This document shows, piece after piece, positions 31,801 through 40,958 of a DNA stretch of 64,000 bases. The translations under genes were made by a program, and so were the position numbers. Positions within the stretch are counted from its first letter, which is position 1; each line of letters starts with the position of its first letter. The DNA lies in NCBI GenBank assembly GCA_965213685.1, contig CBDBZY010000043.1, positions 1-64,000 of the forward strand, written 5' to 3'. The notes beneath the pieces were generated by a model. The model was not told the origin of the DNA and searched no databases. It worked only from the letters and a program-made list of their open reading frames with translations. Source of the stretch: a bacterium (lineage in GTDB: Bacteria; UBA8248).

Positions 31801-32199
31801 TCCGCCATCACGCCGCCCGTGGCGATAGCCTCGCTCGTGGGGGCCAAGCTGGCCGGGGCGCCCTATTTCAAGACGTCCATGATGTCCCTGCGCTTCGCCA
31901 TCGTGGGCTTCATCGTGCCGTTCTTGTTCATGTTCGACCCGGCTCTGCTCACGTTCGCGCATCCGCTGCGCGTCGCCCTCTCCGCCTCCATGACGCTTTT
32001 GGGTTTTGTCGCCTTCTCCGCGGGAACGCAGGGCTGGCTTCTGGGCAGGCTCCACACATACGAGCGCATTCTCCTGTTCGTCTGCTTCATCACGCTCATT
32101 TTGTTCATCATTTTCTTCAGCTTCGCCATGCTGATAGTCGGCCTGGTTTGCGGAGGGGTCCCCCTCGTCCGGCAGGTACGGGACATCAGGCGCGCCTGA
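28885..32199 (+). CDS. TRAP transporter fused 4TM/12TM permease (unusually long)
   Basis: 'SSALMGTVSGS', 'TGTFTIPLMK', 'ASSGGQIMPPVMGAGAFIM', 'LGMGMPTTAAY', 'HMFIFYFA', 'ITPPVA'. Confidence 0.93.
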   Translation: MKAESDPTQSAPLVRALVFTTSWLCVLSGLYHISAVYLRPLPGEMHPNMHMLLAYAILLIGGAGAMPEIYGDKIRRLKFLPVLYVLSLVPAVIFYYFVHEMGEEWSDASVWWAYALPFVIWIAMMVVEKSWLALLLWVLGFVPVPILFLYWDSLPESTHEPTLWWLLIACAAIPTMWTLFAIFFRPAAGVRKAAGFLAVFFAALILGGWRVGLWAGQSDEVRSVFYLWPAAILAFPLFWAKKRIKEVFEDYPAHPFPAGFTIGLNAGMLFFVATACLYLFYYHEDMVDRPGAPTIGDARVGFVMLIVALELTRRCFGPPLPTLAVISFSYGVWGNLFAPPFGHGGHTWLELQAKLSTDFIGGVLGFLVVISATFIIMFLILGAFLHESGAGRFFVNFALGLFGKMRAGAGLAAVGSSALMGTVSGSASGNVVTTGTFTIPLMKRIGLSPHIAGAAEAAASSGGQIMPPVMGAGAFIMSELIEVPYFQIIGYATIPAILYFTIVGINIHFAAGALNIQPLPSSEIPSWKDELKNGWFYLVPLAFLVYFLFEGRTPVFAGVMSVFIMVGVWFYRNVTEFLGGLRRGENAVADEIFVFVPVAFWGFVFFLFALLAIFEWASALSLGMHGAPTWGGAVRAALWLGAIGFVLIRVFTRLFSWVDPFWREIERSWLAVFPITLLGLWSAFGWSSGVAGAAIVLALLCGWAVFRGNGAQPATTIPWYFAAIWVGAYYAQQGIYALLPAVADFGEWFIPFGFIYDGLIFFGLAVLLQRAIFAFIPPGSATSGPTPSLPQVLAVSCNPFTYLMRAEKTGETGAGVRAAQSASGWIFSIRDALRVGGRQGAEFAVTLATIEVVVQVLTITGVGNKFAFMIEALANDICLFGTAAAGGCAYYIGLDGFFVALLLTAVCCAVLGMGMPTTAAYVLLAILGGPVLIKLVGPELAHVYGAEWAKEFVAAKGDRVAAHMFIFYFAILSAITPPVAIASLVGAKLAGAPYFKTSMMSLRFAIVGFIVPFLFMFDPALLTFAHPLRVALSASMTLLGFVAFSAGTQGWLLGRLHTYERILLFVCFITLILFIIFFSFAMLIVGLVCGGVPLVRQVRDIRRA

Positions 32200-32238
32200 G
32201 CGCCGGCGAAAACTCTCCATTCCCATCCGAGGTGGCAC

Positions 32239-33477
32239 ATGCTCTTCCACAAAGAACGCGCGCTGGACTTCATGGAGAGGTTCGCTCTCGACGCGCTGGT
32301 CGCGACGACGCGGCACAACGTCTTATATCTCTCCGGCTTCCAGGGTTGGGCGCAATACACCTACGGCGACGCCACGACGGAGACCTTCGCGCTGTTTTTC
32401 CGGGATGCGGACTCTCCGCCGGCCCTGATACTCTCCCGGCAGGACGAGACCTACTATGCGGCGCAGGGCTCCTGGATAGAGGACGTGCGGGGCTACGGCC
32501 CCCGCTCGGCACTGGAGATGGAGCCCGGGGAGCGGGGGGTCGGCGAGGAGGAGAGGAACTACGTTTCCCTGATCGCCGAGGACGCCCCGCGCGAGGCGAA
32601 CCCGGCGGATGCGCTGCTCCGGGTGTTGCGGGAGCGCGGCGTATCGGGCGGCAGGGTGGCGCTCGACCAGGAGGGAATTCGTCCGGCCACGCGCGGCGGC
32701 GTGGAGGCGGCGTTGCCGGGCGCGTCCTTTCTGGACGCCTCGCACCTGTTCCGGCTGATTCGCCTCCAGAAGACGAAAGAGGAGCGCGAACGAATGCGGG
32801 CCGCGGCGCTTCTGAACGAGCGGGCGGTCGTCGCGTTCCACAAGGAGATGGCCGTGGGGCGGACGGAGCGCGAGGTGGCGAGCCACTACTACCGCACCGT
32901 GGCCGCGGGGGAGGGGAAATGGAGCTGGTTTCATTTGGGAGGAGGGAGGCGCTCCGCCTCCATTTTCCCGCCCTCCGACAGGAGGTTTGAGCCGGGCGAC
33001 GGGTTTTTCTTCGACGCGGGAATGCGGCTGAACCACTACTGCGCGGACGTGGGCTGCTGCGGTTCGTTTGGCGAGCCGGACGCCGGGCGCCGGGCGCAAT
33101 GGAAAGCGATTCAGGCGGGGCTTGAGGCCGCACTCGGCGTGATCCGCGCCGGGGTGCGCCCCTCGGAGATATTTCGCGCGGCGGTCTCGGCGGCGAAAAA
33201 GGCGGGCCTGCCCCGCTACAACGGCGCCTTCTGCGGGCACACCATCGGGGTCGAGGCGCGCGAGCTACCCTATACGCTGAGCGAGCCGGTTCCGCTCGAC
33301 GATCCGTTTTTGCCGGAGACGTCGGACATTCCGCTGCCCGCAGGCGCCGTCCTCTCGGTGGAGTTGCCCTCCGGCAGGTTCGGCGAGGGCGGCGTCCACG
33401 CGGAATACACCGTCGAGGTCACCGAGACGGGCATGGAGCACCTCGGAGAGCGCGTCCGCGAGCACGTGGTGGTGTAG
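32239..33477 (+). CDS. M24 family (Xaa-Pro peptidase/creatinase fold) hydrolase
   Basis: 'NVLYLSGF', 'RLQKT..E', 'FDAG......ADV', 'GHTIG', 'SVELP'. Confidence 0.85.
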   Translation: MLFHKERALDFMERFALDALVATTRHNVLYLSGFQGWAQYTYGDATTETFALFFRDADSPPALILSRQDETYYAAQGSWIEDVRGYGPRSALEMEPGERGVGEEERNYVSLIAEDAPREANPADALLRVLRERGVSGGRVALDQEGIRPATRGGVEAALPGASFLDASHLFRLIRLQKTKEERERMRAAALLNERAVVAFHKEMAVGRTEREVASHYYRTVAAGEGKWSWFHLGGGRRSASIFPPSDRRFEPGDGFFFDAGMRLNHYCADVGCCGSFGEPDAGRRAQWKAIQAGLEAALGVIRAGVRPSEIFRAAVSAAKKAGLPRYNGAFCGHTIGVEARELPYTLSEPVPLDDPFLPETSDIPLPAGAVLSVELPSGRFGEGGVHAEYTVEVTETGMEHLGERVREHVVV

Positions 33478-33608
33478 AGAGACGTCCCATCCGCTGGAAT
33501 CTCATGATGGGCGATTCTATCGCCCCGGAAGCCGGAATCCCGGCCGGCGCGGCGGGCGTTTCTCGTTTGGGTGGATGCGCGCCCGTCCCCCCGGGGCGCC
33601 CCCGCGCG

Positions 33609-34280
33609 CTACAGCGCGCTTTCCTCCTCGCCTACGCGCGGGTAGGCGACCTTTCCCCAGACCTCCGAGTCGGGGTGTGCCTCGATGTCCGCCCGCATGA
33701 CCTCGAGAATCACCGGAACGATGGAGGCCATGATGCGGCCGCCGTCGCGCAGCTGGGTTCGGCCCCACCCCGCGGAGAACGTGACGCCGCCGTGGAAAAC
33801 CTGGTTGCGCAGCTGATACAGGCGCCGGAAGACCTGCTTGAGGACGCCGTGCACGTCGTGGTTCCCCATGTGTCGCCGGATGCTGTCGTTCTCGCGCTGA
33901 AACCGCGCGCGCCAGCCCCCGCTCTCCCGTTCGTTCCGCACCCATTGCCAGAACGGCTTGAACACGTACTGGTTGTCCAGAAGAATGCGGATCGGCCCCG
34001 GAAACGTCTCCCACAGGATGGTTCTCAGCTGCTTCTGGTTTTGCTCGTCGCGGTGGATGATCTCCCGCAGAAAGCCCGTGAACCTCCCGGTTTCGGTCAG
34101 TCCCTCCTCATCCGCCCCGTTGGGTTCAGCCCCGTAGGCGGCGTTGAACGCGATCCACAGACAAATGAACCTCTCCTCGTCCGAGTCGGCGTCTTCACTG
34201 CGCCGAAGCCAGCTGTCGGCGCGCCGCATCCGGTGCTCGTTGTGCTCCCTTTGCGGTATCTGGGCGTTGGTGCGAATCAT
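33609..34280 (-). CDS. HEPN domain-containing protein
   Basis: 'FICLWIAFNAAYG' and the RxxxxH motif in 'LYQLRNQVFHGG'. Confidence 0.8.
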   Translation of the reverse strand: MIRTNAQIPQREHNEHRMRRADSWLRRSEDADSDEERFICLWIAFNAAYGAEPNGADEEGLTETGRFTGFLREIIHRDEQNQKQLRTILWETFPGPIRILLDNQYVFKPFWQWVRNERESGGWRARFQRENDSIRRHMGNHDVHGVLKQVFRRLYQLRNQVFHGGVTFSAGWGRTQLRDGGRIMASIVPVILEVMRADIEAHPDSEVWGKVAYPRVGEEESAL

Positions 34281-34646
34281 CGCCGCTCCCTGCGCGGAGG
34301 AGGGGGGAGACGCGCGGCGACCTCTGCCGCCGGGGAGAGGCCCGTCGGGCGCCTGTCATGGGGGAGGGTTTTGCGCTCCGTCATGCGAGGTAATATGCGG
34401 CATTCGGCCCGGGATTTCAAGCGGGGGGTGATGTCCGGCTGCGCGTAGCCGCCCATGTAGCCGGAACCATAGCAACGCGCGCAGGGCTTTTTCCCGCCCT
34501 CTCCCTCTTGCCGGAAGGATGCGCATGGGCGATATTTTCCTCTTGCGGTGCGAACGGGGCGGGCGCCGGCGGCCAGTTCGGGGGCGACCGCGCCTCCTGG
34601 GCCGGCGGACGTGTTCATTTCTTTGGGATGAGAGGGGACGAGGGGG

Positions 34647-35387
34647 ATGTCGTATTTCTACAGGACGGACGAGATGGAGAAGAACCTCGCGGGGGCGGCC
34701 TACAGCTCGGCGAACGGCGCCTGGGTGCAGGGGGAGCGGCTCATCTTCGGGAAGATGCGGATGCCCGCCGGCACGCGCTCGAACGCGCACGCGCATCCCA
34801 ACGAGCAGTTCGGCTACTGTCTCGCCGGCAGCGTTCGCCTGGAGGTCGAGGGCGAGACGCACGTCCTCGCACCGGGGCACATCGCCTACCGGCCCGCGAA
34901 CGCCGTGCACGCCGCCGAGGTGTTGGGCGCGGCGGACTACGAGTTCATCGTGGCGAAGGATACGGCCGCCGGCATCGCGGGAACTCCCGCCGAGATGCCG
35001 GTCGATCCCGATCGGGGAGGAGGGGAGGGCGCAGGCCGCCTCCCCTATTTCTACGACACCGAGGCGATGGAAAAGGGTCTGGCGGGCGAGGATTACAGCC
35101 CGACCGAGGGTGCCTGGGTGACGGGGGAGCGGATCATTTTCGGCAAGATGCGGATTCCCGCCGGCGGGCGCGCCGAGCCGCACGCGCACCCCAACGAGCA
35201 GTTCGTCATCGTCCTCGCCGGGGCCGCGCGCATGACGATCGAGGGCGAGACCGCCACGCTCGCCCCCGGCGACATCGCCCACATTCCGGCGAATGCGGTG
35301 CACGCGGGCGAGATTCCGGGCGATGCGGACTACGTCTTCGTGACGGCGAAGGACACCTCCTGGGGCATCCAGGGCGTGAAGGTGTGA
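34647..35387 (+). CDS. Tandem double-cupin protein
   Basis: Two similar halves, each with 'H.HPNEQF' and 'PANAVH'. Confidence 0.88.
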   Translation: MSYFYRTDEMEKNLAGAAYSSANGAWVQGERLIFGKMRMPAGTRSNAHAHPNEQFGYCLAGSVRLEVEGETHVLAPGHIAYRPANAVHAAEVLGAADYEFIVAKDTAAGIAGTPAEMPVDPDRGGGEGAGRLPYFYDTEAMEKGLAGEDYSPTEGAWVTGERIIFGKMRIPAGGRAEPHAHPNEQFVIVLAGAARMTIEGETATLAPGDIAHIPANAVHAGEIPGDADYVFVTAKDTSWGIQGVKV

Positions 35388-35448
35388 GGGGAGTATAAGA
35401 GCGAGACGACGGGATTTTCTGTTCGACCGCGGAAACGACCCCCCTCCC

Positions 35449-36075
35449 CTACGGGGCGAGGCGCTCCCTCCGCCAGCCGCCGTCCGCCTCCCGCGCGTAG
35501 CGTATGCGGTCGTGGAGGCGGCTCTCCCGGTGCTGCCAGAACTCCACGGAGCGGGGCTTGAGGATGTAGCCGCCCCAATGCGGCGGCCTCGGCACCGCAC
35601 CGCCCGCGTATTCGGCCTCGAGGGCGCGCGCCCTGTGGTCGAGGAACGCGCGATCCGGAATCGGCCGGCTCTGCGGCGAGGCCCACGCGCCCAGCCGGCT
35701 ACCGCGCGGGCGGGAGGCGAAATAGGCGTCCGAGACGCGCGCGGGCAGCCTCTCCACGCGACCCTCCGCGCGCACCTGCCGGCCCGGCTCCTTCCAGTAG
35801 AAGACGAGAGCGGCTCTCGGGTCGTTCGCCAGCTGCGCACCCTTGTCGCTCTCGTGGTTGGTGAAAAAGGGGAAGCCCGCATCCGCTATTCCCAGGATTT
35901 GCGGGTCCTTGTAGAGGACGACGCGGGCGGCGGGCGCGCCGTCGGGGCGGATGGTGGCGAGCGTCATCGCGTCTTCCCGATGGACGCCGGCGCTCCGCAT
36001 CTGCGCATACCAGCGGCGAAACTGGGCGATGGGGTCGCGCGCGACGCTCCCCGCATCCAGGGCTTCTTCCGCCAT
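35449..36075 (-). CDS. pdxH: Pyridoxamine/pyridoxine 5'-phosphate oxidase
   Basis: 'DPIAQF..W', 'AMTLAT', 'FFTN.ES.KG', 'YFASRPRGS', 'EFWQ.R..RLHDR', 'RLAP'. Confidence 0.93.
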   Translation of the reverse strand: MAEEALDAGSVARDPIAQFRRWYAQMRSAGVHREDAMTLATIRPDGAPAARVVLYKDPQILGIADAGFPFFTNHESDKGAQLANDPRAALVFYWKEPGRQVRAEGRVERLPARVSDAYFASRPRGSRLGAWASPQSRPIPDRAFLDHRARALEAEYAGGAVPRPPHWGGYILKPRSVEFWQHRESRLHDRIRYAREADGGWRRERLAP

Positions 36076-36227
36076 CTGCCGGATCAACTCTTCATTCGTC
36101 GGGTTCACTGGCTGCAATAATTCCTCATGTCGTCGCGTTTGTTCGGCGGCGGTGGCTGCCCACCCGTCTGGCCGCGCGTCTGCGCCTGCCCACATGAACG
36201 CCCGGGCGGTCGCGCGCCCATATCAAA

Positions 36228-36908
36228 TCATTGGCGGGCGGGCGTTGGGGGAGCGGGGTCGTTCGGGTGTGCGCTGTCCGGGGTGACGTAGGGGGCCGTC
36301 ATCTCGAAAATCTCCCGGGTTCGGCAGTATTTCGGCCCGCCTAGCCTGCCCACGGGCCGGAGTCTTTCCGGGTCGATGTATTTTTTGCCGCCGGCGACCG
36401 TCAGGATGAGGTCCTCCCGCACGTGCCATCGGAGCACCTCGCCGATGATCAGGTGTGTCACCCATTCGTCGCCGAAGGGGATCATCCGCTCGAAGCGGCA
36501 CTCCATCGCCAGGGGCGCGTCCTTGATGCGCGGGGCGGCCACCAGGTCGGAGGGGAGGGTCTCGAGGCCGGTCGCCTCGAACTCGCTCTCGTCCGGGCCG
36601 TAGTTCCCGGCGCTCCGGTTCATCCGCTCCTCCCAGCCGTTCGCCACCGCGTGGATGACGTAGCCCTTCGTCTCCAGGATGTTGCGCGTCGTGTCCTTGG
36701 GTTTTTTCTCGCGCTCGCCGACGGAGATGGACGCCATGGGCGGATAGTGGGAGACCATGGTGAAGAAGCTGAACGGAGCGAGGTTCGTCCCGCCCGCCGC
36801 ACTCGCCGTGCTCACCCAGGCGATGGGGCGGGGGACGACGGAGCCGATGAGGAGGCGGTAGGTTTGCTGGTGGTCTATCTCGCGGGCGTCGAAGACGCGG
36901 TAGCTCAT
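36228..36908 (-). CDS. Flavin reductase-like FMN-binding protein
   Basis: 'YRLLIGSVVPRPIAWVST', 'NLAPFSFF', 'KDTTRNI', 'PVGRLGG..Y'. Confidence 0.9.
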   Translation of the reverse strand: MSYRVFDAREIDHQQTYRLLIGSVVPRPIAWVSTASAAGGTNLAPFSFFTMVSHYPPMASISVGEREKKPKDTTRNILETKGYVIHAVANGWEERMNRSAGNYGPDESEFEATGLETLPSDLVAAPRIKDAPLAMECRFERMIPFGDEWVTHLIIGEVLRWHVREDLILTVAGGKKYIDPERLRPVGRLGGPKYCRTREIFEMTAPYVTPDSAHPNDPAPPTPARQ

Positions 36909-36912
36909 TTTT

Positions 36913-38010
36913 TCATCCTTTGGCGAGGGGCGCGAGCCGCGCGGGCTGCGTGTCTTCCAGGAGCGGCATGACCTCCCGGCCGAAAATCTCGGCTTCCTCG
37001 AGATGGGGCCAGCCCGAGAGGATGAAGTTCCGCGCGCCGGCCTCCACGTATTCGCGGAGTGCGGCGGCCACCATGTCGGGGGTGCCCACCAGCATGGCGG
37101 CGGCACCCGAGCGCACCTTGTTCACGCCCATCCAGAGGGTCTCCGTCAGCCAGGGGGAGCCGCTCGCGTAGAGTTCGTTCATGCGCCGCTGCCCCTCGCT
37201 CTCCGAGCGGTTGCGCTGGTCCGCCCAGACGCCGGTGTTCTCGAGGGCGCTGTTCTCCAGCAGCGCGTGGGCGGCGCGCCTCGCCTCTTTTTGGCTCTCC
37301 CGGCAGAGGACGTGGAGACGAAGGCCGAAGCGCAGGTCGTCGCGGCCCGCAACCTCCGCGCGGCGCCTCATGTCCGCGGCGTCCGCCGCGACCTGCTCGG
37401 GGCGCACCGCCCACATCATGTGGACGTCTGCGTGCTTTGCGCCCACGCGGCGTCCCGCCTCCGAGCTGCCCCCGAGGTATATCGCGGGATGCGGCTTCGA
37501 TACGGCGCTGGCGTAGAGGGCGGCGTTTTCGATTTGGTAGTAGCGGCCGTCGTAGCTGACGGGCCCCTCGTTACGCCAGAGCGCCCGGATGATGTCGAGA
37601 TACTCCTCCGTCCGCGCGTAGCGCTCCGCGTGCGCCAGGTGGTCGCCGTATCGCCTCTGGTCCAGAGGCGTTGATCCGGTCACGACGTTCACCGTGAGCC
37701 GTCCGCCCGTGATGGCGTCGTAGGTGTTCGCCTGCTGGGCGGTGAGCACGGGACTCATCAGCCCGGGGCGAAAGGCCACGCAGAACCTGATGCGCTCGGT
37801 TCGTCCCGCGACGGCCAGCGTGATCATCCAGGCGTCGAGGCAGTGGGAGCCGGTGGGGACGAGGAGGTTGACGAAGCCGGCGGCCTCCGCCGCGCGCGCC
37901 ACCGCGCTGATGTAGTCCACGGTCGGGCGCCGCTCGGGAACCCTGGCGTTGATGGCGTGCCCGTCGCCGTATCTTCCCGTCGGCAGAAACCAGGCGTATT
38001 CCGTGGTCAT
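36913..38010 (-). CDS. LLM-class flavin-dependent monooxygenase (SsuD/MsuD-like)
   Basis: 'WFLPT..DG', 'LLVPTG..C.DAW', 'VAFRPG', 'GRLTVNVVTG', 'YLGGSS', 'FILSGWPHLEEA'. Confidence 0.9.
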   Translation of the reverse strand: MTTEYAWFLPTGRYGDGHAINARVPERRPTVDYISAVARAAEAAGFVNLLVPTGSHCLDAWMITLAVAGRTERIRFCVAFRPGLMSPVLTAQQANTYDAITGGRLTVNVVTGSTPLDQRRYGDHLAHAERYARTEEYLDIIRALWRNEGPVSYDGRYYQIENAALYASAVSKPHPAIYLGGSSEAGRRVGAKHADVHMMWAVRPEQVAADAADMRRRAEVAGRDDLRFGLRLHVLCRESQKEARRAAHALLENSALENTGVWADQRNRSESEGQRRMNELYASGSPWLTETLWMGVNKVRSGAAAMLVGTPDMVAAALREYVEAGARNFILSGWPHLEEAEIFGREVMPLLEDTQPARLAPLAKG

Positions 38011-38100
38011 CGGGCTTCCTCAGCCGCGCGAGATGCGCTCCGAAAAGGCGACCCGCAACGCACCCGCGCACCGCACCGGCCAGCCACCGCGCCCCGCCGG

Positions 38101-38751
38101 CTAGGCGGACGCCGCCGCCTCGGCCTCCTGCTCGGCGAGGAGGGCGTCGAGCAGCGCCTGGACGCGCTCCGCCTCCATCCAGTCCGCCTTGTAGGCGATG
38201 CGCCCCGCCTTGTCCACGATGAACGTCATGTTCGGCATCCGGCCGAAGGCGCGCACGACGCTCTCGTCGAGGTCGTCGATGAGGACGGGCACCTTCATGC
38301 CGAACTCCGCCACGAGCTCCTCCGCATACCGCTTCTTGTGGGCGTAGGAGGTGTGCTGGGCGTATTTCTTGAAGTGGCGGGTTTCCCCTGCGTGGGGTTC
38401 TTTCGAATAGACGACGAAAAACGCCACGTCCTTGTCCCGATACTTCTCCTGCAAATCCTCGACGCCGGCCACCTGCCGGCGATAGGGGGGTCAGGTGATG
38501 GCGCCGAACTCGATGACGATGTTCTTCTCGCCGATGAAGTCCGCGAGGCGGAAGGAGGCGTCGTCCGTGGATTTCAGCCGCACGTCGGGCATCGGGTCGC
38601 CCGGCTGCAGGGTGTTGCGGAACGCCTCCTTGCGCTCCTTGCGAAACCCCATGAGGTTGCGCTTCAGGAATTTCCACTTGTCGATGTAGAACGCGCTCCA
38701 GAGACCCATGAGCGGGCCTGGCGGCCTGTCGAACTCGTCGAATTGTCGCAT
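38101..38751 (-). CDS. Deiodinase-like thioredoxin-fold selenoprotein (Sec at the UGA 38493-38491)
   Basis: The two annotated ORFs are in the same frame, separated by a single TGA in 'IEFGAIT*PPYRRQ'; followed by 'FFVVYSKEPH' and 'PN..FIVDK.GRIAYK'; GGAG RBS before the ATG at 38751; SECIS-like hairpin. Confidence 0.85.
38463..38481 (-). promoter_or_regulatory. Bacterial SECIS-like hairpin
   Basis: CGCCGGC-AGGUG-GCCGGCG, a perfect 7-bp stem with the loop starting 16 nt after the in-frame UGA and G in loop position 2. Confidence 0.7.
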
Positions 38752-39002
38752 GGTCGCTCCAAAGTGGCGGGGGATGAAAAAATATCCCCCCATTAGAGAC
38801 GAACGGCGCGCGGAACGCAAGCGCGGACGCTCCGCCCGGTGCGCGGCGCCCGCCCCGTCTCTCTTCTCTCCCTCCATCAAATTCCCGTATCCCGGAGAAT
38901 TTGGTATGCTCTCCGCGCGGCGTCCGGAAGCCCCTTCCGTTCCGCTGGGGGGTGCGCGCCGGGGAGAGGCGCCCGCCGCCTTCCTCCCGGAAGGAGGGGA
39001 TG

Positions 39003-40824
39003 ATGAACAAAAAAAACGCAGTTTTCCATCGGCTATTTCCTGTTCATCTTCCTCATCATGTCCGTGATTCACACGCTCTTCTTTCAGGGCGCCCGCTACC
39101 AGCGCATTCCCTACAGCGAGTTTCGCGTCCTGGTGAAGTCGGGCGACGTGGAGCGGGTGGACATTCGCGGCGACCGCCTCCAGGGGGTTTTGAAGAAGTC
39201 CGACGCGGACGGCCGGCAGAGATATTTCGAGACGGCGAAGGTGCCGGACCCTGCGCTCATCGCGTTCCTCGAGGAGGCGGGCGTCGTCTTTCAGGGCCAG
39301 TTCGAGCCTCCCTGGCTGGTGCAGGTGTTCACGAGCTGGGTGCTGCCGCTAGGCGTCCTCTTCGCCATCTACGCCCTGGTGATGCGGCGGATGGGCCCGG
39401 GCCAGGGGGTGATGGCCTTCGGCCGGAACAAGGCGAAGATATACGCGCAGCAGGAGGTGGACGTTCGATTCTCCGACGTGGCCGGCGTGGACGAGGCCAA
39501 AGAGGAGCTGGCGGAGGTGGTGGATTACCTGAGAAATCCGGATCGCTACCTGCGCCTGGGCGGCAAGATTCCGCGCGGCGTCCTGCTGGTGGGCCCGCCC
39601 GGCTGCGGAAAGACGCTGATGGCCAAGGCCGTGGCGGGAGAGGCGGAGGTCTCCTTCTTCAGCATCAGCGGCTCGGAGTTCGTCGAGATGTTCGTGGGCC
39701 TGGGCGCCGCGCGCGTGCGCGACTTGTTCGAGCAGGCGATGGAGAAGGCCCCCTGCATCGTGTTCATCGACGAGCTCGACGCGCTGGGCAAGGCGCGCGG
39801 CGTCGGGAACCTGGCGGGCGGCCACGACGAGCGGGAGCAGACGCTCAACCAGCTCCTCGTCGAGCTGGACGGCTTCGACACCCGCCGGGGGGTCATCATC
39901 ATGGCGGCGACCAACCGGCCGGAGATTCTCGACCCTGCCCTCCTGCGTCCGGGGCGCTTCGACAGGCAGGTGCTGGTGGACAGGCCGGACCTCCTCGGCA
40001 GAAAGCACATCCTGCGGGTGCACACGAAGGCGCTGGTGCTCGGCGTGGACGTGGACGTCGACCGGATCGCGGAGATGACGCCCGGCCTCTCGGGGGCCGA
40101 CCTCGCCAACCTGGCGAACGAGGCCGCGCTCCTCGCCGCCCGCCACGACCGGGACGCGGTGGTGATGGCCGACTTCGAGGAGGCCTTCGAGCGCGTGTCG
40201 GCGGGCCTCGAGAAGAAATCCCGCGTCATGACGGCCGAGGAGCGCCGCCGGGTGGCCTACCACGAGCTCGGCCACGCGCTGGTGGCGGAGCTGGCGGGCA
40301 CGGCGGACCCGGTGCAGAAGGTCTCGATCATCCCGAGGGGGCTGGCCGCCCTGGGCTACACCCTCCAGCGCCCCACCGAGGACAGATACCTCCTCTCCCG
40401 CAAGGAGATGGAGGACAGAATCGCCGTGCTCCTCGCGGGCCGCGCGGCGGAGGAGGCGGTTTTCGGAGAGGTCTCCACGGGTGCGCAAAACGACCTCCAG
40501 CGCGCCACCGACATGGCCGACTCCATGGTGACCGAATACGGCATGAGCGCGCGCTTCGGCCCCCACGCCCTGCGGGGGGCGCCGCGTCCGCTGTTTCTGG
40601 GCGGCGGGATGAACGGCGCGGCGGCGTCCGACATCAGCGAGGCGACCCGCCGCGAGGTGGACGAGGAGGTGGAGAAAATCCTCGACGGCGCGCATGGACG
40701 CGCCCTGGGGATACTGAAGGAGCGGCGCGGCGACTTGGAGGCGCTCGCCGCGCGCCTGCTCGAGGAGGAAACCATCACGGGCGACGAGCTGCGCGCGGCC
40801 CTGGGGGTGGCCCGCAAGGCGTGA
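39003..40824 (+). CDS. ftsH: ATP-dependent zinc metalloprotease FtsH (frameshift in the A run near 39009-39016)
   Basis: '[14 protein letters not shown]', 'GPPGCGKT', '[11 protein letters not shown]', 'YHELGH'; removing one A restores '[15 protein letters not shown]'. Confidence 0.95.
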
Positions 40825-40958
40825 GGGGAGCGGAGGGGTTTTCGCGCGAGTGTGTCACGCCATGCCGCGCGGGAAGCCCGCGAAGCCGTTCGAGAACGAC
40901 CCCGCGTTCAGGAATCGTCCCTTCCCAGTATATCCCGTGAAAAGGCGCCCCCTCGCGC

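Noticed and set aside
34277-34618. Minus-strand ORF with a DnaJ-like 'CARCYGSG' motif
   Set aside because: Only a single half-motif, overlapping promoter-like sequence (TGCTATGGT; TTGAAA-N17-CATATT); the rest is low complexity
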